DNA of 64,000 nt from NCBI RefSeq assembly GCF_026571515.1, contig NW_026855774.1, forward strand, positions 124,001 to 188,000. The letters run 5' to 3'. The position numbers and the translations under genes were made by a program. The DNA is from Ruditapes philippinarum (taxonomy: Eukaryota). Each line of letters opens with the position of its first letter. Position 1 is the first letter of the stretch. The notes below the pieces were generated by a model. The model worked only from the letters and a program-made list of their open reading frames with translations, made no database searches and was not told where the DNA came from. Shown one piece after another: positions 62,401 to 64,000 of the stretch.

Positions 62401-63781
62401 ATATCAGGACCATTTCTAATGATAGTAATTCTTATCCAAAATTTTTATCAAACCTTTTACTCTGGCCCCACTGTTATCATAAGATGTCCCCACTGTTGTC
62501 ATAGGTTTATCTATAAACATTGGCTAGCTTCTTTGTTGTCCTAGGTTACTACTATGTTCACTGTTTACTGTGTTCATAGGCTTATAATACCCTCTGTGGT
62601 CATAGGCTACCTTACTTTGATCTTATGTGAGAGTAATTGTGGTCATAGGCTACCTTACTGTTGTCATTAGTTCCACTGAGGTAATAGGCTAGCCTAACTG
62701 TGATTATGACAGTGTTTTCCGGTGAATGCAGAAATTGTTGGCTAACAAAGCAGACTTTTTTTATTTTTATAAGTTTAAAAGTTCTTGTCTTAATTATACT
62801 TAAACATGTCAAATCAATAACAAAGAAATGATTTAATTTTTCAGAAAAGATTTGACCAATAGTTATCTTATTTTCTAGGATGCTAACTTCAGTACAGCTT
62901 TAGAATTGGCTGTTAGATTTGGCAAGACATTGATTATACAGGAAGTAGATGGTGTGGAGCCAGTTCTGTACCCTCTGCTGAGAGGAGATCTCGTTTCTCA
63001 AGGTAAGCTACTAAGATATACTATTACTAGTCATTCTATAAAAAATCTTTACATAAGAGCAGGTTTTGATCTTGCTAGACCAAGAAATGGCAATAATGAG
63101 TTGAAGTATATTCAGTGTCAATTATCATCAAAATGGTATCTGTAGAAATGTTTGTTTTAGATAATTTTTGGGTATAAATTTTACCATATGATCAATAACT
63201 GAAGCTACATTTGTATCTAATCTTGCGTTATTTTGACCAGGTCCTCGTCATGTGGTACAGATAGGAGAGAAGACAATAGATTATAACGAGGAGTTCCGTT
63301 TATTCCTGACAACACGTAACCCGGCCCCAGAGATACCACCTGATGCTGCATCAGTCATTACAGAGGTGAACTTTACCACAACAAAAGCTGGTCTTACTGG
63401 ACAGGTATAATATCAAATATTTATGTCAGCTTGTGTTATAAAGATTACTAAATTCTTAAAAAATAACTGAAACATTTCAGTCAACAGCATCAAAAGAACA
63501 AATCTTTAATCCTTATACAAAAATGTCTTTTATTACCAATGTATTTATGTCATAAATATAGCAAGTACTATTTACTTCAAACAACACAATAAATTACCGT
63601 TAGCAAACTTGTTGAACGTAGAGTTTTTATAATGATGTGAGTGTTGTTCTTTATTTGATAGTTATTGGCTGCTACCATTCAACATGAGAAACCTGAGCTA
63701 GAAGAGAAGAAAACATCTTTATTAAAACAAGAAGAAGATCTGAAGATAGAACTTGCAAAACTAGAGGAATCTCTCCTAGAG
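8219..63781 (+). CDS. DYNC2H1: Cytoplasmic dynein 2 heavy chain 1 gene span (60 coding exons in window, 3' end beyond window)
   Basis: Manually spliced exons give an open 3,441-codon frame with all phases consistent. P-loops GPAGTGKT (AAA1), GPSGSGKS (AAA2), GPEGCGKG (AAA3) and GRSGVGRR (AAA4) plus the N-terminus ([33 protein letters not shown]) match dynein-2 rather than dynein-1 or axonemal heavy chains (recognition from memory). Confidence 0.97.
8516..9593. mobile_element. P/hAT-like MITE in coding intron 1
   Basis: 15-bp TIR cagagatctgccgag / cttggcagatctctg (1 mismatch); flanking 7-bp direct repeat aaggatt; GC-rich subterminal motifs. Confidence 0.85.
9995..10141 (+). CDS. DYNC2H1: DYNC2H1 exon 2
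   Basis: [22 protein letters not shown]...VMQK; AG/GT flanks. Confidence 0.92.
10972..11604 (+). mobile_element. HINE-like element family A (uninterrupted; about 2.5 x 164-bp units)
   Basis: Same ends and core as 6236-8163; tandem units start at 11046 and 11210. Confidence 0.8.
11985..12144 (+). CDS. DYNC2H1: DYNC2H1 exon 3
   Basis: [32 protein letters not shown]; phase 0 to 1. Confidence 0.92.
12854..14573 (+). mobile_element. HINE-like element family D with ~166-bp satellite-like array (about 8.5 units)
   Basis: ttagctcacctg ... caggtgagc plus gggccatcatggccc plus tcttgtt; (gtcc)n; unit starts 13081, 13247, 13412, 13578, 13742, 13908, 14074, 14239, 14405. Confidence 0.88.
13026..13039. 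promoter_or_regulatory. Perfect RFX X-box palindrome inside a transposon
   Basis: GTTGCCATGGCAAC; function unproven. Confidence 0.4.
15343..15603 (+). CDS. DYNC2H1: DYNC2H1 exon 4
   Basis: [12 protein letters not shown]...[18 protein letters not shown]. Confidence 0.92.
15967..16199 (+). CDS. DYNC2H1: DYNC2H1 exon 5
   Basis: [11 protein letters not shown]...[17 protein letters not shown]. Confidence 0.92.
16717..16965 (+). CDS. DYNC2H1: DYNC2H1 exon 6
   Basis: [10 protein letters not shown]...[23 protein letters not shown]. Confidence 0.92.
17159..17232 (+). CDS. DYNC2H1: DYNC2H1 exon 7
   Basis: [24 protein letters not shown]. Confidence 0.9.
18036..18180 (+). CDS. DYNC2H1: DYNC2H1 exon 8
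   Basis: ESLLGQL...[20 protein letters not shown]. Confidence 0.92.
18615..18790 (+). CDS. DYNC2H1: DYNC2H1 exon 9
   Basis: [18 protein letters not shown]...FDEWSRDIQ. Confidence 0.92.
19226..19421 (+). CDS. DYNC2H1: DYNC2H1 exon 10
   Basis: [31 protein letters not shown]. Confidence 0.93.
20177..20285 (+). CDS. DYNC2H1: DYNC2H1 exon 11
   Basis: [28 protein letters not shown]. Confidence 0.92.
20639..20787 (+). CDS. DYNC2H1: DYNC2H1 exon 12
   Basis: [34 protein letters not shown]. Confidence 0.92.
21035..21133 (+). CDS. DYNC2H1: DYNC2H1 exon 13
   Basis: [20 protein letters not shown]. Confidence 0.9.
21445..21587 (+). CDS. DYNC2H1: DYNC2H1 exon 14
   Basis: [31 protein letters not shown]. 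Confidence 0.92.
22343..22571 (+). CDS. DYNC2H1: DYNC2H1 exon 15
   Basis: [28 protein letters not shown]. Confidence 0.92.
22743..22870 (+). CDS. DYNC2H1: DYNC2H1 exon 16
   Basis: EWVVLGSV...[20 protein letters not shown]. Confidence 0.92.
23076..23319 (+). CDS. DYNC2H1: DYNC2H1 exon 17
   Basis: [29 protein letters not shown]. Confidence 0.92.
23610..23759 (+). CDS. DYNC2H1: DYNC2H1 exon 18
   Basis: [22 protein letters not shown]...[18 protein letters not shown]. Confidence 0.92.
24305..24507 (+). CDS. DYNC2H1: DYNC2H1 exon 19
   Basis: [12 protein letters not shown]...[14 protein letters not shown]. Confidence 0.92.
24979..25134 (+). CDS. DYNC2H1: DYNC2H1 exon 20
   Basis: DLEHFEM...MWFLLEEF...EDWISFR. 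Confidence 0.92.
25211..25370 (+). repeat. Tandem triplication (~55-bp unit) of the exon 21 splice acceptor
   Basis: Three copies of tattatttatataacag|gagtaagacatacatgtttgaagagttcct; AGs end at 25230, 25286 and 25341. Confidence 0.9.
25342..25453 (+). CDS. DYNC2H1: DYNC2H1 exon 21
   Basis: [19 protein letters not shown]...DIETYK; only the third of three tandem acceptors keeps the frame open. Confidence 0.9.
25795..25965 (+). CDS. DYNC2H1: DYNC2H1 exon 22
   Basis: [23 protein letters not shown]. Confidence 0.92.
26406..26564 (+). CDS. DYNC2H1: DYNC2H1 exon 23 (linker)
   Basis: [19 protein letters not shown]...[10 protein letters not shown]. Confidence 0.93.
26804..27027 (+). CDS. DYNC2H1: DYNC2H1 exon 24 (linker)
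   Basis: [11 protein letters not shown]...[18 protein letters not shown]. Confidence 0.94.
27401..27533 (+). CDS. DYNC2H1: DYNC2H1 exon 25
   Basis: DNRVLSLV...[16 protein letters not shown]. Confidence 0.93.
27800..28030 (+). CDS. DYNC2H1: DYNC2H1 exon 26
   Basis: [23 protein letters not shown]...HLKKLFAGI. Confidence 0.94.
28310..28429 (+). CDS. DYNC2H1: DYNC2H1 exon 27
   Basis: [18 protein letters not shown]...KYPSQ. Confidence 0.92.
28794..29071 (+). CDS. DYNC2H1: DYNC2H1 exon 28
   Basis: [10 protein letters not shown]...LKLKALILD...WIWQKQLR. Confidence 0.93.
29478..29617 (+). CDS. DYNC2H1: DYNC2H1 exon 29
   Basis: [27 protein letters not shown]. Confidence 0.94.
30019..30137 (+). CDS. 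DYNC2H1: DYNC2H1 exon 30 (AAA1 Walker A)
   Basis: [20 protein letters not shown]...VFNCDE. Confidence 0.95.
30535..30717 (+). CDS. DYNC2H1: DYNC2H1 exon 31 (AAA1 Walker B)
   Basis: [19 protein letters not shown]. Confidence 0.95.
30953..31231 (+). mobile_element. Full-length tRNA-derived SINE
   Basis: A box TGGCCGAGTGG (30963), B box GGTTCGAATCC (31016), conserved core, A-rich tail, 12-bp TSD taaactactgct (30941-30952 and 31232-31243). Confidence 0.93.
31883..32106 (+). CDS. DYNC2H1: DYNC2H1 exon 32
   Basis: [31 protein letters not shown]. Confidence 0.95.
32463..32569 (+). CDS. DYNC2H1: DYNC2H1 exon 33
   Basis: [19 protein letters not shown]. Confidence 0.93.
33009..33099 (+). CDS. DYNC2H1: DYNC2H1 exon 34
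   Basis: [18 protein letters not shown]. Confidence 0.92.
33453..33576 (+). CDS. DYNC2H1: DYNC2H1 exon 35
   Basis: [14 protein letters not shown]. Confidence 0.92.
33805..34814 (-). mobile_element. mariner (DD34D-type) internal-deletion derivative
   Basis: TA|CGAGGGTTGTCCCAAAAT...ATTTTGGGACAACCCTCG|TA; minus-strand transposase remnant [20 protein letters not shown], then after a frameshift [17 protein letters not shown]; YSPDLAP motif lost. Confidence 0.92.
34867..36043. mobile_element. TA-targeting MITE with duplicated right end (right TIRs end at 35623 and 36043)
   Basis: TA|CTGTATGTGTA...TACACATACAG|TA; ttcgcg/cgcgaa subterminal repeats; 35430-35674 repeated at 35850-36094 (1 mismatch seen). 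Confidence 0.85.
36289..36553 (+). CDS. DYNC2H1: DYNC2H1 exon 36 (AAA2 P-loop)
   Basis: [14 protein letters not shown]...MNPKAMPR...TREWTDG. Confidence 0.95.
36900..37107 (+). CDS. DYNC2H1: DYNC2H1 exon 37
   Basis: [34 protein letters not shown]...[10 protein letters not shown]. Confidence 0.95.
37565..37694 (+). CDS. DYNC2H1: DYNC2H1 exon 38
   Basis: [13 protein letters not shown]...[11 protein letters not shown]. Confidence 0.92.
38345..38353 (+). CDS. Candidate 9-nt alternative microexon (KSK)
   Basis: ctgat-tattttttgttttcttaag|AAAAGTAAA|gtaagg; in frame in a phase-0 intron; splice signals only. Confidence 0.3.
39524..39529 (+). CDS. Candidate 6-nt alternative microexon (TL)
   Basis: cttcttttcttcataactgatag|ACATTG|gtgagc; in frame; splice signals only. 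Confidence 0.35.
40714..40869 (+). CDS. DYNC2H1: DYNC2H1 exon 39
   Basis: [20 protein letters not shown]...LIRGLGGNL. Confidence 0.93.
41505..41603 (+). CDS. DYNC2H1: DYNC2H1 exon 40
   Basis: [33 protein letters not shown]. Confidence 0.9.
42407..42427 (+). CDS. Candidate 21-nt alternative microexon (ISTFFHG)
   Basis: ttgctgccaactttgtttcag|ATTTCAACTTTCTTTCATGGG|gtatgt; in frame, upstream UGC motifs. Confidence 0.42.
42623..43943 (+). mobile_element. HINE-like element family E with 145-bp aaggtcaaggtca array (about 7 units)
   Basis: 5' ttatacccccgca...gggggtata, (gtcc)n tract, 3' tgcgggga plus gcca..tggc hairpin plus tctagtt. Confidence 0.87.
44183..45225. repeat. 45-bp minisatellite, about 23 copies
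   Basis: Unit attaatgctttaggaagaatgcataattacaatctaataggaaag. Confidence 0.95.
47294..47454 (+). CDS. DYNC2H1: DYNC2H1 exon 41 (AAA3 P-loop)
   Basis: [12 protein letters not shown]...[13 protein letters not shown]. Confidence 0.93.
47566..48972 (+). mobile_element. HINE-like element family B, 3'-truncated, about 9 x 145-bp units
   Basis: ttagctcacctgagcatgttcagggtgagc start; units at 47641, 47786, 47931...; no 3' caggtgagc or palindrome. Confidence 0.88.
49010..49256 (+). CDS. DYNC2H1: DYNC2H1 exon 42
   Basis: VHCSAQT...[25 protein letters not shown]. Confidence 0.94.
49477..49628 (+). CDS. DYNC2H1: DYNC2H1 exon 43
   Basis: [25 protein letters not shown]...[11 protein letters not shown]. 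Confidence 0.93.
49886..50030 (+). CDS. DYNC2H1: DYNC2H1 exon 44
   Basis: [19 protein letters not shown]. Confidence 0.92.
50297..50567 (+). CDS. DYNC2H1: DYNC2H1 exon 45
   Basis: [14 protein letters not shown]...[13 protein letters not shown]. Confidence 0.93.
50981..51127 (+). CDS. DYNC2H1: DYNC2H1 exon 46
   Basis: FVTWGAR...[12 protein letters not shown]. Confidence 0.92.
51589..51821 (+). CDS. DYNC2H1: DYNC2H1 exon 47 (AAA4 P-loop)
   Basis: [23 protein letters not shown]. Confidence 0.94.
52168..52390 (+). CDS. DYNC2H1: DYNC2H1 exon 48
   Basis: [17 protein letters not shown]...[13 protein letters not shown]. Confidence 0.94.
52594..52736 (+). CDS. DYNC2H1: DYNC2H1 exon 49
   Basis: NLHIALIMD...[11 protein letters not shown]...WMEGWS. 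Confidence 0.93.
53377..53622 (+). CDS. DYNC2H1: DYNC2H1 exon 50
   Basis: IPYMLL...[11 protein letters not shown]...HLQ. Confidence 0.92.
53916..54053 (+). CDS. DYNC2H1: DYNC2H1 exon 51 (stalk CC1)
   Basis: [27 protein letters not shown]. Confidence 0.93.
54199..54473 (+). CDS. DYNC2H1: DYNC2H1 exon 52 (stalk/MTBD)
   Basis: EVEPLV...[27 protein letters not shown]. Confidence 0.94.
54790..54913 (+). CDS. DYNC2H1: DYNC2H1 exon 53 (MTBD)
   Basis: [17 protein letters not shown]. Confidence 0.92.
55120..55241 (+). CDS. DYNC2H1: DYNC2H1 exon 54
   Basis: [32 protein letters not shown]. Confidence 0.92.
55542..55755 (+). CDS. DYNC2H1: DYNC2H1 exon 55 (stalk CC2)
   Basis: NLHKAESRM...[11 protein letters not shown]. 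Confidence 0.92.
55870..56210. repeat. Degenerate dispersed/tandem repeat (tttcatatttggWaggaaca x4)
   Basis: Motif at about 55875, 55933, 56061 and 56176. Confidence 0.5.
56447..56698 (+). CDS. DYNC2H1: DYNC2H1 exon 56
   Basis: [10 protein letters not shown]...[31 protein letters not shown]. Confidence 0.94.
58573..58593 (+). CDS. Candidate 21-nt alternative microexon (VTDISPG)
   Basis: tgtgcatgcag|GTTACTGATATATCTCCAGGG|gtaaga; three TGCATG within 112 nt upstream. Confidence 0.45.
59279..59299 (+). CDS. Candidate 21-nt alternative microexon (TSFNLLE)
   Basis: tttttatgttgtttacag|ACATCATTTAATTTACTAGAG|gtgaac; in frame. Confidence 0.42.
59335..59349 (+). CDS. Candidate 15-nt alternative microexon (AIHLK)
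   Basis: ttttgtttttttattttatag|GCAATTCACCTCAAG|gtttga; same donor hexamer as constitutive exons 15 and 25. Confidence 0.4.
60725..61262 (+). mobile_element. Old HINE-like element related to family E
   Basis: 5' ttatacc...ggggtatactggaatca, gtccgtctgtcc tract, 3' perfect hairpin tgccagaattg-tgg-caattctggca (61226-61250) plus gttctag. Confidence 0.7.
61931..62081. repeat. ~150-bp imperfect palindrome (74-bp arms, TTC loop), probably part of a non-autonomous element starting near 61640
   Basis: ttatgttatagtagctttctga...ggaaaattgatatctcgc / gcgagatatcaattttcc...tcagaaagctactacaacataa. Confidence 0.85.
62144..62242 (+). CDS. DYNC2H1: DYNC2H1 exon 57 (AAA5)
   Basis: [33 protein letters not shown]. 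Confidence 0.93.
62465..62710. repeat. Degenerate short tandem repeat (ctgtKgtcataggct-like)
   Basis: About 7 imperfect copies, including two exact tgtggtcataggctaccttact. Confidence 0.55.
62879..63002 (+). CDS. DYNC2H1: DYNC2H1 exon 58
   Basis: [29 protein letters not shown]. Confidence 0.94.
63241..63404 (+). CDS. DYNC2H1: DYNC2H1 exon 59
   Basis: [27 protein letters not shown]...EVNFTTT. Confidence 0.94.
63662..63781 (+). CDS. DYNC2H1: DYNC2H1 exon 60 (last in window)
   Basis: [17 protein letters not shown]...[10 protein letters not shown]. Confidence 0.93.
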
Positions 63782-64000
63782 GTAAAACCCAGTGTACATT
63801 AATATAAGCCGGAATGTCATAGTTTGTTGTTGTTGTTGTTTGTGAATTTTCTTAACCTGCTGAATTTATGTAGTGGATTGGTCCAGCTTCAAAATCCTTT
63901 CAAATGTTTGGGGATTTAGATATCAAAATACAAAAATGGATTAATCAACAGTATTGAGCCTTGCAAAGGCTTGTTGAATATCAGTTTCAGCAAAGTTAAA

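Noticed and set aside
8219-63781. Pseudogene, non-canonical introns, or dynein-1/axonemal identity
   Set aside because: All traced introns are GT-AG with matching phases and I saw no internal stops; the P-loops and N-terminus are dynein-2 type.

Overview
Eukaryotic, AT-rich, intron-rich genomic DNA. The repeat families look most like those of a bivalve mollusc (inference). The window holds the 5' ~80% of a + strand cytoplasmic dynein-2 heavy chain gene (DYNC2H1, retrograde IFT motor). I traced 60 GT-AG coding exons from the ATG at 8219 to 63781 with consistent phases (10,323 nt, 3,441 codons: tail, linker, AAA1-AAA4, stalk/MTBD, start of AAA5); the gene runs off the right edge. Introns and the upstream region carry nested non-autonomous transposons: Helentron-associated (HINE-like) elements with internal 145-166 bp tandem arrays, mariner and pogo deletion derivatives, a P/hAT-like MITE, tRNA-derived SINEs, a foldback and a 45-bp minisatellite. 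The most interesting signal is a candidate microexon program. The three long phase-0 introns with much unique sequence each contain short in-frame exon candidates with good splice sites. One cluster (21, 21 and 15 nt, two of them only 35 nt apart) sits at the junction where human DYNC2H1 has its 21-nt retina-enriched microexon. These are predictions from splice signals only and need RNA-seq. Other oddities are a triplicated splice acceptor with PTC-generating decoys, a filled and an empty MITE site side by side, and abundant TACATGTA motifs resembling Tc1-type excision footprints.
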